Numbered from the stretch's first letter, positions 47,967 to 57,292 are shown. The stretch: 64,000 bases of DNA from Actinomycetales bacterium (GCA_038243055.1 JBBSRM010000002.1:3380-67379); one strand, 5' to 3'. Numbers and translations: made by a program. Notes: generated by a model not told the origin, from the letters alone.

Positions 47967-50900
47967 TTATTCCGTGCCGGGGTTCAGATACGTCTGGACC
48001 GTCTGCACTGGTCGACCGGTCTGGACCAGCTGGGCCCGACCGGGGGAAAGCGGCCGGGCACGGATGTTGTTGATCAATCCGCCCTCGGACCGATCCCCGC
48101 TCATGATCAGCGCTGCCGTTCCGGCATCGCGCAGGGTGGAGAAGAACGATTCATACATGCCTCGGCTGGCGCTGCGGACCTTGCGGGTCAGGATGACATG
48201 CAGGTCCAGTTCATCGGCCATGGGCAGGTATTTGGTCAGGCGCGACAGCGGGGAGGAACCGCTGGCTGTCAACACGTCGTAGTCGTCGGCGATGATCACC
48301 AGCTTCGCCTTGCTGGGCTTGTTTTCCTCGTCGCCTCCCGTGCTGCGTAGCTCCAACTCGGCCGCCAGGGCCCCGGAGAGCTGTTCCCCGACGATGGCGC
48401 TGCCGGCGTAGCCACCCAGATAGTCGTCGGGCACGACGTCGTCGAGCCCCTTGCGGGGGTCGTAGACGCCGAAAAGCAAGTCATCCGGGGTGTGTTGAGC
48501 GACCAGGGTCGCGATGACGTTGCGCAGGATGTTGGATTTGCCCGATTCCTCGTCGCCGAGCATGATCAGGTGCCGGTCCTTGGCCTGCAGATCCAGGACA
48601 TGGGCGCCGAGGTCGACTTCGCGCAGGCCGAGCGGGAACTGGCCCTTGCCCGACGCTGCGGGGGCCTCATCCCAACCGACGCTGGCCGGCAGCACACGGA
48701 CCTTCATGGCGGTTTCGGTGGTGTGTTCGGCCACTTGGGCCACCAGATCCTTCAGGCCATCGGCGAGGTCCTCGGGATCGTCGACCCCGTCGATACGTGG
48801 CAGCGCCACATGGCCGATCAGCTTGCGGTCCGACAACGCCCGGCCGGGAGCCTCCGGGTTGATCCCGGGGGCAACCTTCCGATCGATCTGCGAGTCGGAG
48901 GGTTCGGCGAGGGCGGTCTCGATCTTGTTGCCGAAGAAGCCCTGTTGCGCCATGCGCAGTTCCGCATTGCGGTTCACGGTGGTCACGACATGGATGCCGT
49001 AGCCTCCACCGCGCATGATGAGCGCGAAGACGTTCTCCTGGATCTCCTCGAAGTCGTCGGCGATCTGTCCATAGCCGTCGATGACCAGGAAGATGTCGGC
49101 GCTGGGCAGTTCGGGGAGCCGGCCGGCGGCGTGCATGCGACGCATCGTGGTCAGGGAATCGATCTGGTGGTGTTCGAAGACCCGCTCACGGACCAGGAGC
49201 ATGCCCACCAGTTCCTCCACCGTGCGGCGGACGACCTCGCGGTTGGTACGGATCGCCGTTCCGCCGACATGGGGGAGCCCGCCCAGAGGCAGCAATGCGG
49301 AGCCGAGCAGGTCGATGCAGTAGATACCGATTTCATGGGGCGAGTGGGTCAACGCCATCGAAGCCACGACGGTACGCAATAAGGTGCTGCGGCCGGACTG
49401 TGGGCCTCCGGTGATCATCAGGTTCCCGCCGCCTGAGGTGAAATCGATCTGCCAGAGACCCTGCCACTGTTTGGCCGGGTCGTCGAGCAGGCCGATCGGT
49501 ACGCGCAACCCGCCTCCCGAACCCAGTTGGAGACCATGCTCGCCCGGATGGACGCCGCCGGCCGCGGCATCCAACGGGATGGCAGCCGGCAGTGGGGGCA
49601 ACCAGATCTCCTGGACCGAGCGCGGGAACGAACGCAGCGTGTCCATCAGCGTGGACATCACGGTCGGGCCGGTGGTGCGCTTGGCGGCCACATCCTTCCT
49701 CTTGGCGGCGCCCTCCCCCCCGTCAGCTTCCTCCCCCGCATAACGCGGGACCGTGAGCACGTCGGCGACCTCGGCCGGGGCCAGCTCATCCGCCTCGTCC
49801 TGCCGGACGTCCTCCACGGGGCCGGAGACGTAACCTGCCTTGAACCGCGTATAGACCGTGGTGTCGACCTTCAGGAAGCCGTAGCCGGGGACCGGGGGCA
49901 GGTGGAAGGCGTCGGGGCTGTCCAGCACTGTCCGCGATTCGGATTCGGACAGCGTTCGCAGGCCCAACCGGTAGGACAGATAGGTTTCCAGCCCCTTGAG
50001 CTTTCCGGATTCGACTCGCTGGCTACTCAGCAGCAGATGGACGCCGATGGAGCGGCCGATGCGCCCGATGGACAGGAACAGGTCGATGAAATCCGGGCGG
50101 GCCGTCAGTAGCTCGCCGAACTCGTCGATGATGACCACCAGATGCGGCAAGGGGGCCATATCCTCGCCACGGGCCAGGCGCTCATTGCGGTGGACCTGGT
50201 AGTCGGTGATGTTGGCGATGTTTCCCGCAGCCTTGAGGACTTCCTGACGACGCAGGATCTCGCCGTTGAGGCTGGCGTAGACGCGCTCGATCAGGGAAAG
50301 GTCATCCGAGAGGTTCGTGATGATGCCCGTGACCTGCGGCGCGCCTTCGAAGGGTGCGAAGGTGGCACCGCCCTTGAAATCCACCAGGACCATGGCCAAC
50401 ACGTCGGGGGAGTGGGTGGCCAGCAGCCCGAAGACGAGTGAACGCAGCATCTCCGATTTGCCCGAACCGGTGGCACCGACACATAAGCCGTGTGGGCCCA
50501 TGCCGAATTGGGCGGACTCCTTCAGATCCAGGACCGTGGGGCGACCGGCGTCGTCCGGCCCCAGGGGGATCCGCAGGAACTCGGCGTCGCCGCGCGGTTT
50601 CCAGGTGCGTTCTATATCGGACCGGTCCAGGTTGGCACTGAGCCCGAGCATGCCCAGGAAACTCTCGGCGCCTTGCCCCGAACCGCCATGCTCCAGTGAA
50701 TCGGCCGAGAGCCGCAGAGGGGCCAATTCATGGGCCAGCGCATCGGCCGTCGCGACGGATAGCGGGTCCAAGGAGCCCGAGGAAACTTCGGGGTGTACCG
50801 AGTCCGTCCGGTAGTCCTGGATCTGGAATCCCTGGCTGGTCTGGGTGATCCTGATGGTGATGTCGCTGGGTTCCTCGCTCCGATCGTGCACCAGGTGCAG

Positions 50901-51944
50901 AACCGTGAGGCCGAGATCGGCGGGGGAGAGGAAACGGTCGGCCAGGGGCAGCTCTTGTGCCCGGGTTCCGTGGGTATCCGAGACCACGACGAGTCGTGCC
51001 AGGGCCTGCCCGGCCCGACTATTCACCTTTTTTGCTTCCACGGCGATCTTGGCCCGTCGTCGCAGATCGGTATCCATGACGTCGGCCAACGATGCCAGGT
51101 CGGGGGAGATCCGGCGCTCCAGCTCCACCCCCGAACTTCTGCCCTGGTCTGCCAGATGCGGCAACCAGGTTGCCCACTGCCAGTCGTCCCTCAAATGTTC
51201 GGGGGTGCTGATGCCCAGGCCCAGGTCCTCGGGCGAATGGAAAGCGCTGGCCGAAATCAGGAGGTTCCGGGTGGCGGCGGTGACGAATTCGCGGTCGCCG
51301 ATGATGCTGACGTTCCCCACCGAATCGAGGGGAACCGTCACCGGCATGTCAGGGCTGGTGGAGAAGCGGCGTTTGAGGATTTCGGCTTCGGCGGCCATGA
51401 AGGAATCCGTTTGCTGGGTGGCGCCGGAGGCCTCGCTGACCGTGATGTCCCGGCAGGGGCGGTACCCGGAGCCGAGACGGACGTCCAGGAAGTCCTCGTT
51501 TCCGCGTCGGCGCTCCCAGAGCCGCATGGGCGTGCGGACGATATCGAAGAGGGCCTCGGGTGGCGGGGCACTTTGCCGGGCCACACCGAGCGCCTCGGTC
51601 TCGTCGGCGCGCATGTTCACGCGGGAGCGTTCCAGGTAGCGCATGTAGTTCTCGCGCAGCTGGGTGCGGGTCCTCACGGCCTTGCCTCGGTTGGAGAACA
51701 TCATGAAGATGGCGATCACCACGGTCACGATCATCATCATGGCGCCGATGGCCGCGAACGGGGAGTTGCGGAACATCATCATGGCTGTCATGGATACGGC
51801 GCCACCGAGCATGGGCACGATGGACATCAGGTTCAGGCCCGGGGCCTCGCCCTCGACCGGTGGGGGCCCATCGAGGAGGAAGGGGCGGAAGATACGCAGT
51901 GGTGCCGAGGTCCGCGCCGGGCGGTGGATGATTCGCTGGGCCAT
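47967..51944 (-). CDS. eccC: Type VII secretion FtsK/SpoIIIE ATPase EccC (fused EccCa-EccCb)
   Basis: Two N-terminal TMs, LWERR..DFL.VRLG, LDLKESAQFGMGPHGLCVGATGSGKSE, IIDEFGELL, three P-loop domains. Confidence 0.95.
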   Translation of the reverse strand: MAQRIIHRPARTSAPLRIFRPFLLDGPPPVEGEAPGLNLMSIVPMLGGAVSMTAMMMFRNSPFAAIGAMMMIVTVVIAIFMMFSNRGKAVRTRTQLRENYMRYLERSRVNMRADETEALGVARQSAPPPEALFDIVRTPMRLWERRRGNEDFLDVRLGSGYRPCRDITVSEASGATQQTDSFMAAEAEILKRRFSTSPDMPVTVPLDSVGNVSIIGDREFVTAATRNLLISASAFHSPEDLGLGISTPEHLRDDWQWATWLPHLADQGRSSGVELERRISPDLASLADVMDTDLRRRAKIAVEAKKVNSRAGQALARLVVVSDTHGTRAQELPLADRFLSPADLGLTVLHLVHDRSEEPSDITIRITQTSQGFQIQDYRTDSVHPEVSSGSLDPLSVATADALAHELAPLRLSADSLEHGGSGQGAESFLGMLGLSANLDRSDIERTWKPRGDAEFLRIPLGPDDAGRPTVLDLKESAQFGMGPHGLCVGATGSGKSEMLRSLVFGLLATHSPDVLAMVLVDFKGGATFAPFEGAPQVTGIITNLSDDLSLIERVYASLNGEILRRQEVLKAAGNIANITDYQVHRNERLARGEDMAPLPHLVVIIDEFGELLTARPDFIDLFLSIGRIGRSIGVHLLLSSQRVESGKLKGLETYLSYRLGLRTLSESESRTVLDSPDAFHLPPVPGYGFLKVDTTVYTRFKAGYVSGPVEDVRQDEADELAPAEVADVLTVPRYAGEEADGGEGAAKRKDVAAKRTTGPTVMSTLMDTLRSFPRSVQEIWLPPLPAAIPLDAAAGGVHPGEHGLQLGSGGGLRVPIGLLDDPAKQWQGLWQIDFTSGGGNLMITGGPQSGRSTLLRTVVASMALTHSPHEIGIYCIDLLGSALLPLGGLPHVGGTAIRTNREVVRRTVEELVGMLLVRERVFEHHQIDSLTTMRRMHAAGRLPELPSADIFLVIDGYGQIADDFEEIQENVFALIMRGGGYGIHVVTTVNRNAELRMAQQGFFGNKIETALAEPSDSQIDRKVAPGINPEAPGRALSDRKLIGHVALPRIDGVDDPEDLADGLKDLVAQVAEHTTETAMKVRVLPASVGWDEAPAASGKGQFPLGLREVDLGAHVLDLQAKDRHLIMLGDEESGKSNILRNVIATLVAQHTPDDLLFGVYDPRKGLDDVVPDDYLGGYAGSAIVGEQLSGALAAELELRSTGGDEENKPSKAKLVIIADDYDVLTASGSSPLSRLTKYLPMADELDLHVILTRKVRSASRGMYESFFSTLRDAGTAALIMSGDRSEGGLINNIRARPLSPGRAQLVQTGRPVQTVQTYLNPGTE

Positions 51945-51947
51945 CGG

Positions 51948-53009
51948 CTACCGGACCCCGTTGGCCAATTCGAGGGTGCGGGCGGCCAGGACGGTGCCCG
52001 CCTCCCGATGAGCCGGAAGCATCAACGGCAACGTGATACGTGCCCCCGCGGCTAGGTGGCGGTCGTAGCCGATGGCGTGGGCATCGAACCCGAGGCGGGA
52101 GAGCCGACCCGCCTGATCGAGAGCCTGCAAAGCCGACGAACGGTCCTGCTGCATCACGAGCACCGTCAGGGGCAAGGGGGCCAGAAGCGGGTTCGTCCGC
52201 CACACGGACAGGGCCGTGAGGGCGTCATCGAGGCCTGACAGCGTCGCCGGGACCACGAAGACGGCCCCATGGCAGTCAGCTAGTGCGGCCTGGGTTTCGG
52301 GCGCCTCCAGGCCGGTGGGGCAGTCGAGCAGGGTGATGGGAAAATAACGGGAAACCGTGGACGCGGCTTCCCGCAGCAAAGGGGCCGCAGTCCGCTGCGG
52401 TGAGCCCGAGCGTGGACCCGTTGCGTAGAGCCCCTCGGCAGCCGGGGCGAGCAACTCGGCCAGATGCGCGGCTCCGGGCTGGGCGCCGTTCGTGAGTTCG
52501 GGGACGATGGAGTCCAGGGCGGGAGCATCATCGAGCCCAAGGCGCAGTGCGAGGCTTCCGTGGCCCGGATCGAGGTCGAGGACGCACACGCTGTCGGGCC
52601 GTAGAGCCGAGAATGTGCGGGCCAGGAGTGCGGAGGCGGTCGTTTTACCGGCACCTCCACGCGTCGAGACCACGGCGATCCGTCGACCGGTGGTGACCGG
52701 TGCCTGCACGTCGGCAGCGAATTGGCTGACCTGCGTTGCCCGGTGCTTGCCGCCGAACAACATCCCGAGGGCGCGGGGGAGGGAGCCGCCGGTGGCCCGG
52801 ACACCGGACAGCCGGCGGCGGTCGTTCTCCAGCGGGGCACCCAGGGCATCGGCGGAGGACGGAACATGCGGGAGGGAGGGGGCGGGACCCCGGCCGGAGC
52901 TGGAACGCCGGCCACCCGGTGTGGGGGCCCAGGGATCGTTGACCCGCTGCCCCCACGGGTCGAGTTGTTGCTCGTTCGGCGGGTGGCCGGGATTCTGAGA
53001 TGCGGTCAT
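51948..53009 (-). CDS. MinD/ParA-like ATPase of the T7SS locus
   Basis: Pro-rich N-terminus; RIAVVSTRGGAGKTT, LDLDPG.GSL, LLDCP, YDRHL. Confidence 0.8.
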   Translation of the reverse strand: MTASQNPGHPPNEQQLDPWGQRVNDPWAPTPGGRRSSSGRGPAPSLPHVPSSADALGAPLENDRRRLSGVRATGGSLPRALGMLFGGKHRATQVSQFAADVQAPVTTGRRIAVVSTRGGAGKTTASALLARTFSALRPDSVCVLDLDPGHGSLALRLGLDDAPALDSIVPELTNGAQPGAAHLAELLAPAAEGLYATGPRSGSPQRTAAPLLREAASTVSRYFPITLLDCPTGLEAPETQAALADCHGAVFVVPATLSGLDDALTALSVWRTNPLLAPLPLTVLVMQQDRSSALQALDQAGRLSRLGFDAHAIGYDRHLAAGARITLPLMLPAHREAGTVLAARTLELANGVR

Positions 53010-53024
53010 GGAAGGTCCTTCGTG

Positions 53025-54371
53025 CTAGAACGTGTCCAGCATTTGGGCGTAGACGCCGAAGTAGCCGATGAGCAGGGGGATCGTGGCGAGTATGGCCAGG
53101 GTTTCGAGGCGTTCGCCGATCTGCCGGATCCGGGCCTCGATATGGACTGGCAGGTCCACAGCCAACCCCAGGCCGATCACCACGGCCAACACCAGGATGG
53201 ACAGGCCGACGATCCACACGGTGTCTTCGTTCAACCGGGTCAGTGCCCCGGTGCCTGCCAGGACTCCGATGGCAGTGGCCGCATAGAGCGAGTAGCGCTC
53301 CAGGGCCAGGGGGAAGGCCCGCGAGCGCAGCAGGGTTGCCAATGCGAGGGCCAGGAGCAGGGGAAGCGTCCACACGGGATGGCGATCGTCCGTGGCGACC
53401 AGCCACATCCCGGCGGCCGCGGAGACGGCCGCGGCCACGGTGGCCAGAGTGAGTCCGGCGTGGGCCGAACGGATGGCGGTGATGGCATCACGGCGCCAGA
53501 TGGAAGCACCATTGGCCCGCTGGTCGTCGAGGGTGGACAGTCCCGACAGGGACAGTGCCAGTGCCGGCAGCACGCCCATGATGAGTACGGAACAGATCGC
53601 CGCGATGGCGCCGACGCCGACGAGGAGGTCGGTATCGGTGCTGGTCGATGTCCAACGGGCCAGGGGCAGGGCCACGGCCCAGATGCCGGTCAGCGTCCCG
53701 AGGACACCGGCGCCGAGCAGCACGGCCCGTGGATGTTTGAGCACCGTCGCCAAGCAGGCGACGAAAACGGCACTGCCCGCCGCGGCGAGCAACAACCGCA
53801 ACGAGGGGTCCGCGGACCAATGGAGCAGGCCGATCATGCCCGCACCCCAGCCGGCACCCATCAGGGCAGAGGCCACCGGGCGGGAAGCAGCAGAGACCGA
53901 AGCGCCCAGCGTCAGCAGCCCGGCCCCCACGGCGAGCAGGATCCACCAGCGGGCATCCGGCAGGTACCTTCCCAACAGGAGGTCCAGTGCGAGCCAGAGT
54001 CCCAACGCGGCGAAGATCCCCGATGCGGTGACCAGATGTGTGCGATCCCAGGACCCCCGCACTTCACGGGATTGTTCGACGACGGTATCGGAGATGTCGT
54101 AGACGACGGCGGGCGGTGGGGCTTCGCTGTTGCTGACCAGGGTTAGTCGCGCACCGTCGAAAACCTGCGCCTGGGTCAACGTTTCCCGCGCGGGGATGGG
54201 CTCCCCGGTGGCGGTCAGGAGTACCTTGGTGGCGACGCCGTCGCCGGGGCTGTCGCCGAGCAGGTCGAGGATCTGCGGCATCAGCGTTCCCACGGACTCC
54301 GTGGCGGGCAGCAGCAGGTCGGCATTGCGGCGTTCTCCCACGAGGGTCACGCGTGTGTAGGGCTGGGCCAT
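53025..54371 (-). CDS. eccD: EccD-like T7SS membrane protein (ubiquitin-like YukD/EsaB domain plus about 11 TMs)
   Basis: TRVTLVGERRNADLLLP…TL.QA.VFDGARL.L, P.VYDISD.V, LRSRAFP, E…..ATIPL..G.FGVY. Confidence 0.85.
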   Translation of the reverse strand: MAQPYTRVTLVGERRNADLLLPATESVGTLMPQILDLLGDSPGDGVATKVLLTATGEPIPARETLTQAQVFDGARLTLVSNSEAPPPAVVYDISDTVVEQSREVRGSWDRTHLVTASGIFAALGLWLALDLLLGRYLPDARWWILLAVGAGLLTLGASVSAASRPVASALMGAGWGAGMIGLLHWSADPSLRLLLAAAGSAVFVACLATVLKHPRAVLLGAGVLGTLTGIWAVALPLARWTSTSTDTDLLVGVGAIAAICSVLIMGVLPALALSLSGLSTLDDQRANGASIWRRDAITAIRSAHAGLTLATVAAAVSAAAGMWLVATDDRHPVWTLPLLLALALATLLRSRAFPLALERYSLYAATAIGVLAGTGALTRLNEDTVWIVGLSILVLAVVIGLGLAVDLPVHIEARIRQIGERLETLAILATIPLLIGYFGVYAQMLDTF

Positions 54372-54377
54372 GACGGG

Positions 54378-54701
54378 CTAGTTCCCCATCCTTCCGGGGC
54401 TCGGGCTGGACAACGGCCACGCTGAGTGGTTCGGCACGATGAAGGCGGTGGCGGAGCTCTGCATCTGATCCTGTCGTTGCTTCTTCTCCTCGGCCCGGGT
54501 GGCGAGCATGTTGGAGACGAAGGAGACCCCGATGCAGATGGCGGTGATCAGGGCGGCGGCGACGAGGCTGAACAGGAACTGCTTCGTCGTCGCCTTCCAG
54601 CGACGCTCGGTCGGATTCTCACCGTAGAGGAGGGCATCGGTGACCCGGTTGCGGCGGACGGCGACCGACTCGATGAGCTGGCTGTCGAATTCAGTCGCCA
54701 C
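54378..54701 (-). CDS. 107-aa single-TM protein resembling the N-terminal segment of EccB
   Basis: DSQLIESVAVRRNRVTDALLYG…then one TM helix; first gene of the ecc operon. Confidence 0.6.
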   Translation of the reverse strand: MATEFDSQLIESVAVRRNRVTDALLYGENPTERRWKATTKQFLFSLVAAALITAICIGVSFVSNMLATRAEEKKQRQDQMQSSATAFIVPNHSAWPLSSPSPGRMGN

Positions 54702-54781
54702 GGGTCCCTCTCGGTCTAACGATGTGTTGGTGTGAGTCCATCATGTCAGGTCGATGGCTGAAAAATGGCAGAAAATCGGGG

Positions 54782-54803
54782 GCATGGGTAGTTCTCCCCA
54801 TGC
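54782..54803. promoter_or_regulatory. Imperfect 22-bp palindrome in the divergent T7SS promoter region
   Basis: GCATGGG-TAG-TT-CTC-CCCATGC, 7 bp upstream of TTGACC (54811). Confidence 0.6.
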
Positions 54804-54901
54804 AGAGCGCTTGACCCTGTTTATCGCCGTGCCGTTAGCTGATAACAAGCAAGGCACGGACAGCGCGGGCCCCGCCCCGCATCGACGAAAGGACGAGGGA
54901 T

Positions 54902-55246
54902 ATGAGCTTCAAAGGAAAAATGGACGTCAATGCCATCGGCAAGGCGGCGGAGGAGGCCAGCGGCTCCGGCGATGAGCTGGTGCGGTTGGTCGAGGAACTG
55001 GTTGACGGGGTCGAGGACCTGAAGACCACCTTCAAGGGCAACGGTGCGGTCTCCTACCAGAACTTCATGGCCGAGTCCCAGCGGGTCCAGCAGGACCTCA
55101 TCAAGGCCCTGTCGGGCATTTCACAAGGCCAGGCAGAGAGTGCCAAGCACTACGTCCAGATGGATGACGCCTTCGAAGCCGGCGGCAAAGAAGCAGAAGG
55201 CCAGGCTTCGGGAGCCAAGACCTCGGGCTTCAGCTTCTCCAAGTAG
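54902..55246 (+). CDS. WXG100-like T7SS substrate (FxG turn, YxxxD signal)
   Basis: 114 aa helical; central TFKGNGA; C-terminal HYVQMD. Confidence 0.8.
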   Translation: MSFKGKMDVNAIGKAAEEASGSGDELVRLVEELVDGVEDLKTTFKGNGAVSYQNFMAESQRVQQDLIKALSGISQGQAESAKHYVQMDDAFEAGGKEAEGQASGAKTSGFSFSK

Positions 55247-55338
55247 CCAGTACTCCACAGTGCCTTCGGGCGCCGTCGCCGGCGCCCCACCAGCCCGACA
55301 CACAGGTCCGGTACGGACCCGCAGAAAAGGATTTGAAC

Positions 55339-55635
55339 ATGCCAGAAGGACTCATCCAGTTCGACAGCGACGCCGCCTCACGCACCGAAGGCGACATCAT
55401 CCGCATTGCCGGACGCATTGAAAGCATCATCGGCGACCGCGAATCCCAGACGAAGTTCGTCAAGGACAACTGGGAAGACAACAACTCGGGAGACGCATAC
55501 TCCAGCGTCGAAAAGGATTGGCTCGACGCCGCCGGTGAAACCCTCCAGCTCGTGCACAAGGCGCGCAAGCTTTTGGGCGAAAACTCCGTGACTGCCAAGG
55601 ATGCCAGCGGGAAGGTCCAAGGCATCTGGGGCTGA
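55339..55635 (+). CDS. ESAT-6/WXG100-like protein (atypical, WED turn)
   Basis: 98 aa helical hairpin; FDSDAA…I…IE..IGDR…DNWED…Y…E..W; tandem with the preceding gene. Confidence 0.72.
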   Translation: MPEGLIQFDSDAASRTEGDIIRIAGRIESIIGDRESQTKFVKDNWEDNNSGDAYSSVEKDWLDAAGETLQLVHKARKLLGENSVTAKDASGKVQGIWG

Positions 55636-55834
55636 TCTTCGACGATTCGCGGTGGATTACACCGCGGTTGACGTCCGTCGTGGGGCGGGTGGCCGGCGCG
55701 GTCACCCGCCCCATTGGTGTGTGCGCTCCCACACAAATGCGCAAGGGGGACGTTAGTGCAATTAGACTAGGTGGCCGTGTGTTAATTCCTGACCGGAGTG
55801 ACGCATCCTAGGAGTACCGCCGAAAGGAAAAACA

Positions 55835-57277
55835 GTGTCCAACCCAGCTGCTGATCGTCCGCTGCGAGTCGCCATCATCGGCGCCGGCCCGGCTGGCGTC
55901 TACGCCGCGGACATCCTGACCAAGGCCGAACGCGAGTTCGAGGTCAGCATCGACCTCTTCGACCGGTACCCGACTCCCTACGGCTTGATCCGTTACGGCG
56001 TCGCGCCGGACCACCCGCGGATCAAAGGCATCGTCAAGGCGTTGCATAAGGTCCTGGACCGCGGCGACATCCGCTTCCTGGGAAACGTCAACTACGGCCA
56101 GGACATCACCCTGGCCGATATCCGTGACATGTACGACGCCGTTATCTTCGCCACCGGTGCGATCAAGGACGCTGACCTGAAGATCCCCGGTATGGAGCTT
56201 GAGGGCGCCTACGGGGCCGCTGACTTCGTGTCCTGGTACGACGGACACCCCGACGTGCCGCGGACCTGGCCTCTGAAGGCCAAGCAAATCGCCGTCATCG
56301 GCAATGGGAACGTCGCCCTCGATGTCGCCCGGGTGCTTTCCAAGCATGCGGAGGACATGCTGGTCACCGAGATCCCGGACAACGTCTATGCCGGTCTGGC
56401 GGGTTCGCCGGTCACTGACGTGCATATCTTTGGCCGTCGCGGTCCGGCCCAGGTGAAGTTCACCCCGCTGGAGCTGCGTGAACTCTCGCATTCGCGCGAC
56501 GTGGACATCGTCCTGTATCCGGAGGACTTCGAATTCGACGACGCCTCGGATGAGACGATCAAGAAGAACAATCAGGCCAAGACGATGGTCAACACCCTGA
56601 CGAACTGGCTGGTGGAGCAGGAGGACCGCGAGGAGGCCGAAGAGGCAGGGACCCGCGCGCCCGCCTCACGCCGGCTGCACCTGCACTTCCTGCATGCCCC
56701 GCTGGAGATCACCGGGACCAACGGAGCCGTGGAGGGCATCCAGTTCGAACGCCAGGAACTGGACGGAACCGGGAACGTCCGCGGGACCGGGGACATCGTG
56801 GACTACGACGTTCAAGCCGTCTACCGGGCCATCGGCTACTTCGGCTCGGAACTGGCCGAGGTCGGCTTCGACCCGGGCCGTGGCGTCATCCCGAACGATG
56901 GCGGCCGTGTCCTGGGTGATGACGGCCAGCAGTTGCCGGGGCTGTACGCCACCGGGTGGATCAAGCGTGGACCGGTGGGCCTGATCGGTAGCACCAAGGG
57001 CGATGCCTTGGAGACCATTGGCAACCTGCTGGAGGACCGGCTCGAACTTCCCGCGGCGGCGCACCCCGATGAGCAGGCGATCATCGACCTGCTCAACGAA
57101 CGCGAAGTGGCGTTCACGACGTGGGAGGGCTGGGTCGCCCTCGACGCGCATGAACACTCCTTGGGCGAGGCGGCAGGCACCGTGGAGACCAGTGCGGGGT
57201 TGGTGACCCGTGAGCGGGTCAAAGTCGTCGCCCGTGACGAGATGGTACGGCTCTCCAAACAGCAGCAAAAGCAGTAG
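55835..57277 (+). CDS. fprA: Ferredoxin-NADP+ reductase
   Basis: GAGPAG, PYGLIRYGVAPDH, FVSWYDGHP, IGNGNVALD, GRRGP, GWIKRGPVGLIG. Confidence 0.9.
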   Translation: MSNPAADRPLRVAIIGAGPAGVYAADILTKAEREFEVSIDLFDRYPTPYGLIRYGVAPDHPRIKGIVKALHKVLDRGDIRFLGNVNYGQDITLADIRDMYDAVIFATGAIKDADLKIPGMELEGAYGAADFVSWYDGHPDVPRTWPLKAKQIAVIGNGNVALDVARVLSKHAEDMLVTEIPDNVYAGLAGSPVTDVHIFGRRGPAQVKFTPLELRELSHSRDVDIVLYPEDFEFDDASDETIKKNNQAKTMVNTLTNWLVEQEDREEAEEAGTRAPASRRLHLHFLHAPLEITGTNGAVEGIQFERQELDGTGNVRGTGDIVDYDVQAVYRAIGYFGSELAEVGFDPGRGVIPNDGGRVLGDDGQQLPGLYATGWIKRGPVGLIGSTKGDALETIGNLLEDRLELPAAAHPDEQAIIDLLNEREVAFTTWEGWVALDAHEHSLGEAAGTVETSAGLVTRERVKVVARDEMVRLSKQQQKQ

Positions 57278-57292
57278 TTCCTAAATACCACG

